Shown here: one piece after another, positions 26,617 through 35,862 of the stretch
Numbering within the stretch: position 1 is the first letter of the stretch
Layout of the letters: each line of letters opens with the position of its first letter
NCBI GenBank assembly: GCA_015063785.1
Contig: SVTM01000010.1
Location: 9,728 to 73,727, forward strand
Origin: Oscillospiraceae bacterium
GTDB lineage: Bacteria; Bacillota; Clostridia; Oscillospirales; CAG-382
Direction: 5' to 3'
Length of the DNA: 64,000 nucleotides
Position numbers and translations under genes: made by a program
The notes under the pieces: generated by a model
The model's input: only the letters and a program-made list of their open reading frames with translations
Database searches by the model: none
What the model was told of the DNA's origin: nothing

Positions 26617-28831
26617 TTACACCTATGCTGACAGACTTGCCGCCATGCGCGAGACAAAGGTCCGTCACACTCTTGAAAAGAGAAAACAGAACGGCTTTAC
26701 CGACCTTGACGATTTCGGCACAGTTCCGATTTCCGAAGGTTATTCTGTTGAGCCTCTTTATAACAGCACAAACGGAAGCTTCTATGGCTATGACGGCATG
26801 TGCGAAAACTTTTGCCGTGTCATTGATGCCCACGAGCCCTATATTGATCCAAACGAAATGCTTTGTGGCAGATGGCGCGATATGCTTGTAAACTATCGTG
26901 GCGACCCTCACTATCTGCCCGATTGGCTCAAAAAGAATCCCAAAACCATGGAGCTTATGAAGTCTGCCACAAACCAGTGGAGCAAACGCTGGGACGAGCA
27001 AAGATTTCCTTATGATCACCTCAAGCCCCTGCAGGCAAAGTATAACATCGCCACAGGTATCGACGGCGACGCCCATTTTGCCTGCGATTATCGCATTGGC
27101 TTCGAACTTGGCTTTGGCGGTTTCCTTGAGAAAATTGAAAAATATCGCAAGATAAACCCCGACAAGAAGGACTTTTACGATGCAGAAGAACGCACTGTCA
27201 AGGCGATTATCCGCTTTGTCGAGCGTCATTGCGAAAAGCTTCGCGAGATGATCGCTGCCGAAGAAAACGCCGCTGTAAAAGAAAATCTTGAAACGATGCT
27301 TAAAACCTGCGAAAACATCACCTACGATGCTCCCAAGACCTTCCGCGAGGTATGTCAGTGGACAGCCTTCTTCAACTGCGCATCGCGTATTTACACTCGA
27401 GATGGCGCGGGCTTCCAGCTTGACGGACTTCTTTGGCCCTACTATCAGAACGATGTTAAGGCAGGCATTCTTGACGATGAAACCGCAAAGTTCCTCATCG
27501 CCAACCTCCTTCTCATCGATCCCCACTACTATCAGATCTCGGGTGTTGACGAGAATGATGTGGACAGAACAAACCATCTTTCCTACCTCATCCTCGAGGC
27601 TGCCGATTCCATCAACATCGCCTGCAACCTCACCGTCCGCGTTCACAAGAACTGTGACCGCGAATTCCAGCGCAAGTGTGTATATTATCTTATCAAGAAC
27701 AAGAACGCATGGCCCAGATTCTGCAACGACAAATCTCTTGCAGAGGGCTATATGAGAAACGGCGACATCGACAAAAAGACAGCTCGCGAGAGAATTGCCG
27801 TCGGATGTAACTGGATGTGCGTTCCCGGCAAGGAATTCCCGATGAACGACACCGTCAAGATCAATATTGCAAAGGTGCTTGACGAGTCGCTCAAGGATAT
27901 GAAGAACGAAGAAAATAAGAGCTCCGCACGCCTTTTCGAAATCTATGAATCCCACCTCAAAAAAGCTATTGAGGTAACTGCCGAGGGTATCAACCTCCAT
28001 ATCGACCACGCATGGGAAGTAACCCCCGAGCTTGTTATGAACCTTATGATGCACAACACAATCGAGCGCGGCGAAGATATTTCTCAGTGTGCCGAGCTTT
28101 ACACCGTCGGCATCGACGGCGCAGGTCTTGCCGTTGTTGCAGACTCGTTTGGCGCCATCGAATCGAGAATTGAGAACGAAGGGCTTGTTTCGTGGGAAAC
28201 ACTTTACGAAAACCTTGAAAACGATTTTGCTGACGAGAGAGTCCGCGCCATTATGTCGTCTGCCCCCAAGTATTGCCAGGGCGGCACAGTTTCGGACGCA
28301 TGGGCACAGAAGCTCACCGACAGTTGGGTTGCCGCCATCAAGGCGCAGAAGATGCCCGAGGGCAGAAAGCTTATTCCCGGCTGGTTCTCGTGGTCAAGAA
28401 CTATCGAGTACGGCTCCAAGGTAGGAGCCACCCCCAACGGAAGAAAGGCAACCACCCCCATATCTCACGGTGCAAACCCCAACGCGCATTTCAGAACAGA
28501 CGGTGCCCCCACGGCACAGTCCAACGGAATCGCATCTGTTCAGTGCGGCTACGGCAACACAGCCCCTCTTCAAATCGAATTTGACCCCATGGTCAAGGCG
28601 GATGACGAGGGAATCGATCTCGTACTCAACCTCATCCTTGGTCACTTCGAGCAGGGCGGAACCCTCATCAACATCAACGTCCTCGATAAGGAAAAGATCC
28701 TCAAGGCAAACGAAAATCCCGATCTTTACCCCGACCTCGTTGTCAGAGTAACAGGATTTACCGCATATTTTGCCAGCCTTTCTCCTCAGTTCAGACAGCT
28801 CGTTGTCGATAGATTCCTCACAGGTATTTGA
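26597..28831 (+). CDS. Glycyl radical enzyme (PFL-like fold), 744 aa, substrate unknown
   Basis: C-terminal VVRVTGFTAYF glycine-radical motif (Gly codon 28754-28756), ATPNGRKA block, and thiyl loop GCNWMCVPGK (27803-27832). The ATG overlaps the activase gene by 20 nt. Confidence 0.9.
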   Translation: MPTVTNNYTYADRLAAMRETKVRHTLEKRKQNGFTDLDDFGTVPISEGYSVEPLYNSTNGSFYGYDGMCENFCRVIDAHEPYIDPNEMLCGRWRDMLVNYRGDPHYLPDWLKKNPKTMELMKSATNQWSKRWDEQRFPYDHLKPLQAKYNIATGIDGDAHFACDYRIGFELGFGGFLEKIEKYRKINPDKKDFYDAEERTVKAIIRFVERHCEKLREMIAAEENAAVKENLETMLKTCENITYDAPKTFREVCQWTAFFNCASRIYTRDGAGFQLDGLLWPYYQNDVKAGILDDETAKFLIANLLLIDPHYYQISGVDENDVDRTNHLSYLILEAADSINIACNLTVRVHKNCDREFQRKCVYYLIKNKNAWPRFCNDKSLAEGYMRNGDIDKKTARERIAVGCNWMCVPGKEFPMNDTVKINIAKVLDESLKDMKNEENKSSARLFEIYESHLKKAIEVTAEGINLHIDHAWEVTPELVMNLMMHNTIERGEDISQCAELYTVGIDGAGLAVVADSFGAIESRIENEGLVSWETLYENLENDFADERVRAIMSSAPKYCQGGTVSDAWAQKLTDSWVAAIKAQKMPEGRKLIPGWFSWSRTIEYGSKVGATPNGRKATTPISHGANPNAHFRTDGAPTAQSNGIASVQCGYGNTAPLQIEFDPMVKADDEGIDLVLNLILGHFEQGGTLININVLDKEKILKANENPDLYPDLVVRVTGFTAYFASLSPQFRQLVVDRFLTGI

Positions 28832-28846
28832 TCAGATATCATAAAA

Positions 28847-28872
28847 AGAGAACCCTCGGGTTCTCTTTTTTG
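28847..28872 (+). terminator. Intrinsic terminator after the GRE gene
   Basis: agagaaccc-tc-gggttctct followed by a T-run. Confidence 0.7.
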
Positions 28873-28892
28873 TCTGTACCCCAACTTGTTAT

Positions 28893-29054
28893 GAAAGTTT
28901 TTTGATAAAACTTTTTTACAAAAAAGTTTTCGGTTTCAAAAGGCGGAGCCTTTGTCGCTGTCAGCAGACAGCGAAATATCTGTTGCGTCTGCAAAGCGCA
29001 GGAAGGGTGAATTGCACGTAGTGCAAGAGGGAAACCCTCGCCGGGGGTTTCCCT
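28893..29054. other. Highly structured non-coding stretch (series of inverted repeats) between two terminators
   Basis: AT-rich palindrome aaaactttttt-ac-aaaaaagtttt, then hairpins tcgctgtc/gacagcga, ttgcac/gtgcaa, and gggaaaccc/ggggtttccc. No ORF. Confidence 0.3.
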
Positions 29055-29067
29055 GATTTAGTTAACA

Positions 29068-29095
29068 TAAAAACGAGAACCCTCGCAGGTTCTCG
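29068..29095 (-). terminator. Intrinsic terminator after the second activase gene
   Basis: On the minus strand: cgagaacc-tgcgag-ggttctcg followed by TTTTT. Confidence 0.65.
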
Positions 29096-29116
29096 CTTTG
29101 TACTTTATAGTTTCTT

Positions 29117-29950
29117 TTATCTGACAAACAGCTTTTTGTATTCGTCAATAATCGCCTTGTCGGGCACCTCAAATTCTGTGTATGCCATATCAAGCGCATC
29201 ATATTTGTGCTCGCCCATTTTGTGATAGGGCAGAAGATCAACCGATGTGTATCTGATGTCTTTAAGAAATTCCGCTATCATGCCCATTTCTTTTTTGTCG
29301 TCGTTCACACCGTGGATAACGGGAATGCGGATGATAATGTCCTTGTCGGTGGTGTCGGATATCTTTTTCAGATTTTCAAGAATAAGCTTGTTCGAAACGC
29401 CGGTATATTCCTTGTGCTTTTGCTCGTCAAAGCACTTTACATCGTAAAGAAACAGGTCGGTATAGGGCATTATCTTTTCAAAATGCTCCCATGATACGCA
29501 TCCTGCCGTATCAACCGCAGTATGTATTCCGTTTGCTTTGCACAGCTTCAAGATTTCGCAAAGAAAATCCGCCTGCAACATACATTCTCCACCCGAAAAA
29601 GTTACGCCACCGTTCGAGGTTTCGTAAAAAGTTTTGTCTTTTATAACTTCTTTCAGAACTTCTTCGGGGGTATATTCTTTTCCGCACAATTTTCGTGCAT
29701 CGTTCGGACAAAGAATCTCGCATTTTCCGCAAAATTCGCAAGAAGCAAGATGATGCGGACATACTGAAGCACATTTTCCACATCCCGTGCATTTGTTTTT
29801 GTATATCATCATCTGCTTTTCAAAATTCTGACTTTCGGGATTGTGGCACCATTTGCATTTCAGATTGCATCCTTTGAAGAATACTGTGGTTCGGATGCCG
29901 GGACCGTCAACAAAAGAGTTTCTTTGAATATCAAAAATAACAGCTGTCAT
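29117..29950 (-). CDS. Second glycyl-radical enzyme activating protein (two ferredoxin-like cluster motifs)
   Basis: DGPGIRTTVFFKGCNLKCKWCHNPE plus CTGCGKCASVCP and CEFCGKCEILCP. Confidence 0.85.
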   Translation of the reverse strand: MTAVIFDIQRNSFVDGPGIRTTVFFKGCNLKCKWCHNPESQNFEKQMMIYKNKCTGCGKCASVCPHHLASCEFCGKCEILCPNDARKLCGKEYTPEEVLKEVIKDKTFYETSNGGVTFSGGECMLQADFLCEILKLCKANGIHTAVDTAGCVSWEHFEKIMPYTDLFLYDVKCFDEQKHKEYTGVSNKLILENLKKISDTTDKDIIIRIPVIHGVNDDKKEMGMIAEFLKDIRYTSVDLLPYHKMGEHKYDALDMAYTEFEVPDKAIIDEYKKLFVR

Positions 29951-30108
29951 ATTTCTGCCTTTCTTTCAGTCTTGCGCTTAACGTTTTTGGCGATACAACT
30001 CTATTATACAAAATGATTTGAAAAAGTAAATACAAATCGTGACATTTTTATAATTTATGGTGCAAACTATTGCAAAAAAACGCTCTTTGTGTTATCATTT
30101 TTTTGGTG

Positions 30109-31590
30109 ATGAAAATGTTTGAATATTGCTCCTGCGAAAGTGCAGGCATAAAAACAGAATACATACTCCGCTTTTTGAAATTTTTTGAAGAATATGGTAT
30201 TCCTGTCCACAGCATCCTTATGGCAAAGGGAAATTCGATCTTTCTCGAAGTCGATTATCCGCCCTTTTCGTGCGACAAGCTTCACAGAATGTACTCGGTT
30301 TCAAAAAGCTTTGTTTCAGCGGCGGTGGGACTGGCTGTTACTGAAGGACTGTTTTCGCTCGACGACAGGATAATCGAATTTTTCCCCGAATACCGAAACG
30401 AAAATACCGACGAAATGTACGATGCCGTCACCGTCCGCGATATGCTGACCATGCGCAGCAATATTGCAAGCTTTAATCCTTGGTGGCAGATATACGACGA
30501 CAGAGTGCGTGCGTACTATGCCCAGCAGACCGCCAAAGCCCCTACAACCCTTTTTTATTATGACAGCATGGGTTCGTACCTTCTCGGTTGTATCGTCGAA
30601 AAACTGACGGGAAAGACATTTCTTTCCTATCTCAAAGAAAAAGTGCTTTCAAAGATGGGCTTTTCTGACGAGAGCTATACGATATACGCCCCCGGTAAAT
30701 ACACCCTCGGCGATTCGGGTGTTATGTGTACCCCACGAGATCTTTTGATATTTGCCCGTTTAATAATGGATGGGGGAGTTTTTGACGGCGTAAGGTATAT
30801 TGACGAGGATTATATGAAAAACGCCGTTTCAAAACAGGTCGATTGTAATGCAGACGGAGTTTTTTCAAAGTATAAATCCCACGGCTACGGATATCTTATC
30901 TGGAAAATGCCAAACGACGGTTTTGCCCTTATCGGCATGGGTGGTCAGCTTGCCGTGTGCGACGTGAAACACGATCTCATTTTTGTTATGACTGCCGACT
31001 GTCAGGCAAGTGACGCGGTTGCGCGTGAGCTTATTCTCGACCATTTTTATAACGATATAATTGAAAATATTTCAGATGCCGCTCTTTGCGAAAACAAAAC
31101 TGCGCAGGACGAGCTTTGTGATTATATAAAATCGCAAAAACTCGTGTGCCAAAAAGGAAAACCGGTGTCTGCGCTTTCGCACAAAGTCTCGCTGAAAAAA
31201 TACCTGATACAAAAAAATCCCCTTGGCATCGAATGTTTTTCGCTTTATTTTGAGGCTGAAAAAGGCGTTCTCGTCTATCAAAAGGACGGAGCAAAAAAAC
31301 GCATAGAGTTTGGCATTTGCAAAAATGTCTTGTGTGATCTGCCCTGCGATATGAGAAATTCAGACGTTGCCGGCGAGATGGTGCAGGGGAGTTACAGCGC
31401 CGCCTGCTCGGGCGCGTGGGTGTCGGACAGCGAATTTGCACTGAAAATACAAATAACAGATACCTATCTCGGAAGCCTTAACGTCAGATTTTCATTCAAC
31501 GGCGGTATTGTCAGCGTTTGCATGAAAAAAAGCGGACAGTATATACTGTCGGGCTACGAAGGATATTATATTGGAAAAGAGGGAGAATGA
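30109..31590 (+). CDS. Serine hydrolase, beta-lactamase/PBP4-like (class C fold) family
   Basis: SVSKSF (SxxK) motif near the N-terminus. Start is ATG 30109 or 30115. Confidence 0.65.
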   Translation: MKMFEYCSCESAGIKTEYILRFLKFFEEYGIPVHSILMAKGNSIFLEVDYPPFSCDKLHRMYSVSKSFVSAAVGLAVTEGLFSLDDRIIEFFPEYRNENTDEMYDAVTVRDMLTMRSNIASFNPWWQIYDDRVRAYYAQQTAKAPTTLFYYDSMGSYLLGCIVEKLTGKTFLSYLKEKVLSKMGFSDESYTIYAPGKYTLGDSGVMCTPRDLLIFARLIMDGGVFDGVRYIDEDYMKNAVSKQVDCNADGVFSKYKSHGYGYLIWKMPNDGFALIGMGGQLAVCDVKHDLIFVMTADCQASDAVARELILDHFYNDIIENISDAALCENKTAQDELCDYIKSQKLVCQKGKPVSALSHKVSLKKYLIQKNPLGIECFSLYFEAEKGVLVYQKDGAKKRIEFGICKNVLCDLPCDMRNSDVAGEMVQGSYSAACSGAWVSDSEFALKIQITDTYLGSLNVRFSFNGGIVSVCMKKSGQYILSGYEGYYIGKEGE

Positions 31591-31591
31591 T

Positions 31592-32815
31592 ATGGCAGAA
31601 AGACTGACTGTGGCAATCGTCGGATGTGGCAATTTTGCCCGACATTTTGTCGAGCTGTTCAAAGCTCACCCGAATGTGGACAAGGTTTACGTCTGTGACC
31701 TTGTTGCAGAGCGCGCAAAGGAATATTCCGAAAAGTTCGGTGTTGAGATCATCGATACCTACGAGGATATTCTTGCTGACAGTTCTGTAAATTGCATCGC
31801 CAATTTCACCCAAAGGCACCTGCACGGCGACATTGTTATCCGCGCTCTTAACGCCGGCAAGCATGTGTACAGCGCAGTGCCCATGGCACCGACTGTTGAC
31901 GAATGCAAAAGAATTGTTGAGCTTGTAAAAGAAAAAAAGCTTATCTACATGATGGGCGAGACCTGCTATTACTACCCTTGTGCAATGTTTTGCCGCAAGA
32001 CCTACAAAGAGGGAAAATTTGGCGATTTCACTTATGGTGCCAGCCAGTACTATCACCACATCGATTCGATCAGCTACGGCAAACGCCCCGGCGAGGGAGG
32101 AATGCCGCCGTTGCTTTATCCCACCCATTCCACGGGTATGATACTGTCGGCTGTCGATTCGTATGTAAAAAGGGTGGTTTGTTTTGGCTATGAGGACAAA
32201 ACGGGCGACGGACGCTTTGAGATAGGCAAAAATCCGTGGGACAATGTTTTTTCAAATCAGTACGTGCTGATGCAACTGGCAAACGGCGGTACCGCCCGTG
32301 TCACAGAGGCACGCACCTTTGGTTGGATGAAGCCCAGCTCGTATATATCGGCGCTTTACGGCACCCGTGGCGGCTATGAATTCAGCAACGCCCAACACAT
32401 TCTCGTCGAAAAAGACTTTGACAGCGATGCCGAAAAGGTACGCCTGACCGACGTCAGCGATTACGTCAACACCGACGGAATGGTAAAAAATAAGCATCTG
32501 CCCGATTTCAAAAACCGTGTGGCAAATGCACAATGGCAATGGGACAACGTGTCCGAGGTGCAAAAGGAAGAGATAGAAAGGCTTCCTGCCGAATATGAGA
32601 ATATCGAAAACGGACACATGGCAACTCACAAATTTCTGATAGACGATTTTTGCAAGGCGGTTTTTGAAAATAAGCTCCCGATCCTCAACGCCTGGACAGC
32701 GGCACGCTTCACAATTCCCGGACTTGTGGCGATAGAATCTGCAAAACATGGAGGTATGCCCATGGACGTTCCCGATATGGGCGACGCTCCGGCTGAATGG
32801 GGGTCTGGACAATAA
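31592..32815 (+). CDS. Gfo/Idh/MocA-family oxidoreductase
   Basis: LTVAIVGCGNFARHF Rossmann start. The ATG at 31592 follows AAGAGGGAG, 1 nt after the upstream stop. Confidence 0.8.
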   Translation: MAERLTVAIVGCGNFARHFVELFKAHPNVDKVYVCDLVAERAKEYSEKFGVEIIDTYEDILADSSVNCIANFTQRHLHGDIVIRALNAGKHVYSAVPMAPTVDECKRIVELVKEKKLIYMMGETCYYYPCAMFCRKTYKEGKFGDFTYGASQYYHHIDSISYGKRPGEGGMPPLLYPTHSTGMILSAVDSYVKRVVCFGYEDKTGDGRFEIGKNPWDNVFSNQYVLMQLANGGTARVTEARTFGWMKPSSYISALYGTRGGYEFSNAQHILVEKDFDSDAEKVRLTDVSDYVNTDGMVKNKHLPDFKNRVANAQWQWDNVSEVQKEEIERLPAEYENIENGHMATHKFLIDDFCKAVFENKLPILNAWTAARFTIPGLVAIESAKHGGMPMDVPDMGDAPAEWGSGQ

Positions 32816-33698
32816 TGCTCGGATATTTACTTATTGTACTTACGGTTTTTTGCAACGTCTCAAAGGGCGGAGTGTCGAAAAAAGCAACTGCAAAGCTCAA
32901 CGGCATTGCCGAAACATCGATCTTTCGTTCATGCGCAATTTGATTTGCATTATTATCGGCGTTGTGATTGTATCTGCGTCAAAAATGTCTTTTTCCATGC
33001 CTGCCCAAGGCTGGTGGATATGCTTTGCCTCGGGCATAAGCATGAGCTTAAACTACATTGTTTGGCTTCTCTGCCTTAAGACCGACGCATATATGCTGGC
33101 AACCACGGCAAGCTCGTCAAGCTTTATCATAGCGGCGCTCAGCGGAGTATTGATCTTTGGCGAAAAAATATCGGTTTTCAAGGCAATAGCCTTTGCGCTT
33201 ATCATTCTTGCCGTCTATTTTATGGTCTGCTATCAGACAAAGACCTGTTGCCGTCTTAAGTTGCACGATTTTGTGATTCTTCTGCTTGTTTTTTTGTCTG
33301 CTGGCACAAATTCGCTTTGTCAAAAACTATTTACATTTTGTGTTCCCGGTTATTCGGTCAATCTTTTCACACTTTATACCTTTGTTTTCTCATGCGGCAT
33401 CCTTCTTGTCATCCGTCCGTTTTTCAGATGCGGGGAAAATGCAAAGATGCATGCCGTGAAATTTGCAAAGCTTTTGCCCATCATCCTGTACATGGGGGTT
33501 GCCTTGTACGGTGCAACCTTTTTCCTGTCCGAGGCGACACATCACCTTGACACTTTGGTCATCTATCCGCTCAACAGCGCGCTTACCCTTGTGGGCGGCG
33601 TCGTGATGGCGTGGATATGCTTTGGCGAAAAGCCCTCGCGTGACAGTATTATCGGCACGGTGCTTTCGCTCGGCGCACTTATTCTTTCAAGATTTTGA
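32815..33698 (+). pseudogene. DMT/EamA-like membrane transporter interrupted by a -1 frameshift near 32923-32925
   Basis: ATG 32815 (TAATG overlap) encodes MLGYLLIVLTVFCNVSKGG...AETSIF and then stops at 32941. The hydrophobic protein continues in the -1 frame as FMRNLICIIIGVVIV... to 33698. Confidence 0.5.
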
Positions 33699-33712
33699 TG
33701 ACAAAAAACAAA

Positions 33713-33748
33713 ATCCCGAAAAGGCAAGCCTTTTCGGGATCTTTTTTG
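33713..33748. terminator. Bidirectional terminator
   Basis: atcccgaaaagg-caag-ccttttcgggat followed by a T-run. Confidence 0.65.
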
Positions 33749-33756
33749 TAAGTTGT

Positions 33757-34161
33757 TTATGCAAGGTAAGCCTTGAGCGATTCGGGAACTCTTTCGGGTT
33801 CGATGGAAGCTGTGACGGTGAGGTTGATATCGTCGAGAAGGGGAAGAACCTTTCTTACGAATTCTTCAAAACCGGAAACAGAATCGCAGCAGATCTTGAA
33901 AGCGGAGTCGATGAAGAGATCCGAGATGTCATAGTTGGATGCGAGAATACCGCAAACAAAACCGTAAAGCTTTTCGGCATTGTCGATACTGTATGTGATG
34001 GTGTCGATAAGTCTAGCCTTGTTGGAAATTTCGTGAATGAGCTTTGTGCCCTTTTCTATACAAACAACACTGCCGTTTGTCGATTCGACAGCGGCGTTAA
34101 CCATTTCAATAAGATGCTTGGTCTTGCCCGAACCCTTAAGTCCTACAAAAATCTTGAGCAT
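33757..34161 (-). CDS. Small Walker-A (P-loop) protein, function unknown
   Basis: GLKGSGKT at residues 7-14. 134 aa. RBS GGAGGTAC. Confidence 0.55.
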   Translation of the reverse strand: MLKIFVGLKGSGKTKHLIEMVNAAVESTNGSVVCIEKGTKLIHEISNKARLIDTITYSIDNAEKLYGFVCGILASNYDISDLFIDSAFKICCDSVSGFEEFVRKVLPLLDDINLTVTASIEPERVPESLKAYLA

Positions 34162-34292
34162 AATAGTGTACCTCCAGAGAATGATTCGATAGCCGATGAT
34201 AAAATGTTGCTATCGTCTGTAATTATTGTACAACAAACTATGTGAAAAGTCAATAAATTTGATTAAAAAAACATTATTTTGTGCAAAACGCA

Positions 34293-34322
34293 CAAAAACA
34301 GCCTTTGGGGGCTGTTTTTGTT
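34293..34322 (-). terminator. Intrinsic terminator after pgi
   Basis: acagcc-tttgggg-ggctgt with flanking A and T runs. Confidence 0.6.
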
Positions 34323-34386
34323 TTGCTATTTAGTTGATTTTGTTCTAAAAAAAGCTTTTTTGCGGCATTTAGCACAAAAACATTTG

Positions 34387-35736
34387 TCAGAAGCTCTTCA
34401 TAAGCTTCTCAAGTTCGGCCTTTCTTGCGGCGTTTTCGTCGCCGGGCTTGCCGAGAAGTGCAAACATGTTCTTCTTGTATGCTTCAACGCCGGGCTGGTT
34501 AAAGGGGTTTACACCGAGGATATATCCAGAGATCGCGCAGGCAAGCTCAAAGAAATATACCATGTAGCCATAGTCCTTTTCGCTTCTCGAATCAAGCTCG
34601 AGGATGATGTTGGGAACGTCGCCGTCAAGGTGAGCAAAAAGTGTGCCCATGTAAGCGTTCTGGTTAACAAAGGTGAGCTCCTTGCCCGAAAGGAAGTTCA
34701 TGCCGTCGATGTTTTCTGCGTCGTTGGGGATGATAACTGTGTGGTTCGACTTCTTGATGTCAACAACGGTTTCAAAAATGTTTCGCTGACCTTCCTGAAC
34801 GATCTGACCGAGCGAGTGCAGGTCTGTGGAGTAGATAACAGAACAGGGGAATATGCCCTTGCCGTCCTTGCCTTCGCTTTCACCGTAAAGCTGCTTCCAC
34901 CATTCATTCATGTACTGGAAAGCGGGCTCGTAGCAAGCCATGATTTCCATTACCTTGCCCTTGTTAAGAAGCACGTTGCGAAGAAGAGCGTATTTGTATG
35001 CGTCATTCTTTTCGATATCACAAACCTTAAGCTCGCGTGCTGCGGTCTGTGCGCCTTCCATGATGGCGTCAATGTCAATGCCTGCCACCGCAATGGGAAG
35101 AAGTCCACAGGCTGTAAGTACCGAATATCTGCCGCCAACGTCATCGGGGATAACAAAGGTTTCGCAACCGTTGGCATCTGCAAACTTTTTAAGGTTTCCG
35201 CGTGCTTTGTCTGTGGTGATGTATATTCTCTTTGCAGCCTCTTCTTTGCCGTATTTCTTTTCAAGAAGCTCGCGGAAAACGCGGAAAGCAACACCCGGTT
35301 CTGTTGTTGTACCTGACTTCGAGATAACGTTTACAGAAATGTCCTTGCCTTCGCAGATCTCAAGAAGCTCTGCAAGAGAAGAAGAGCTGATGGTATTGCC
35401 GGCAAAGTAGATGTCGGGAGTATCCTTTTTCATGTTGTTGTAGTAAGGAGACTTTATAAATTCGATGGCAGCTCTTGCGCCGAGGTATGATCCGCCGATA
35501 CCTATGGCGATGAAAATATCGCTGTCGCTCTTGATCTTGTCTGCCGCCTTCTTTATGCGTGCAAACTCTTGCTTGTCATAGTTTTCGGGAAGGTCGTACC
35601 AGCCGAGAAAATCATTTCCTGCACCTGTCTTTTCAACAAGATCCTTGTGTGCTTTTTCAAGGGCGGGAATATACGCCTTGATATCAGCATCGCTTACAAA
35701 ATTTTTGAGATAATCCGATTTACATCTGATAGCCAT
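34387..35736 (-). CDS. pgi: Glucose-6-phosphate isomerase
   Basis: [18 protein letters not shown], and 449 aa are typical of Firmicute PGI. Confidence 0.9.
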   Translation of the reverse strand: MAIRCKSDYLKNFVSDADIKAYIPALEKAHKDLVEKTGAGNDFLGWYDLPENYDKQEFARIKKAADKIKSDSDIFIAIGIGGSYLGARAAIEFIKSPYYNNMKKDTPDIYFAGNTISSSSLAELLEICEGKDISVNVISKSGTTTEPGVAFRVFRELLEKKYGKEEAAKRIYITTDKARGNLKKFADANGCETFVIPDDVGGRYSVLTACGLLPIAVAGIDIDAIMEGAQTAARELKVCDIEKNDAYKYALLRNVLLNKGKVMEIMACYEPAFQYMNEWWKQLYGESEGKDGKGIFPCSVIYSTDLHSLGQIVQEGQRNIFETVVDIKKSNHTVIIPNDAENIDGMNFLSGKELTFVNQNAYMGTLFAHLDGDVPNIILELDSRSEKDYGYMVYFFELACAISGYILGVNPFNQPGVEAYKKNMFALLGKPGDENAARKAELEKLMKSF

Positions 35737-35862
35737 TGTGAAAAATCCTCCATTGGAAAAATAATGTTACTCACTAACATTTCATTATAGCGTGTAGTTT
35801 TGTATATTTCAAGAACTTTTGATGAAATATGTCAAATTTTTTGTATAGTGTTTTTGTTTATC

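Noticed and set aside
26555-28054. 499-aa minus-strand ORF
   Set aside because: It is antisense to the glycyl radical enzyme gene.
32748-32814. Track start of the transporter ORF at 32748 (MEVCPWTFPIW...)
   Set aside because: This part overlaps the 3' end of the oxidoreductase gene and encodes non-membrane sequence. The real N-terminus is in another frame, starting at 32815 (see the frameshift finding).
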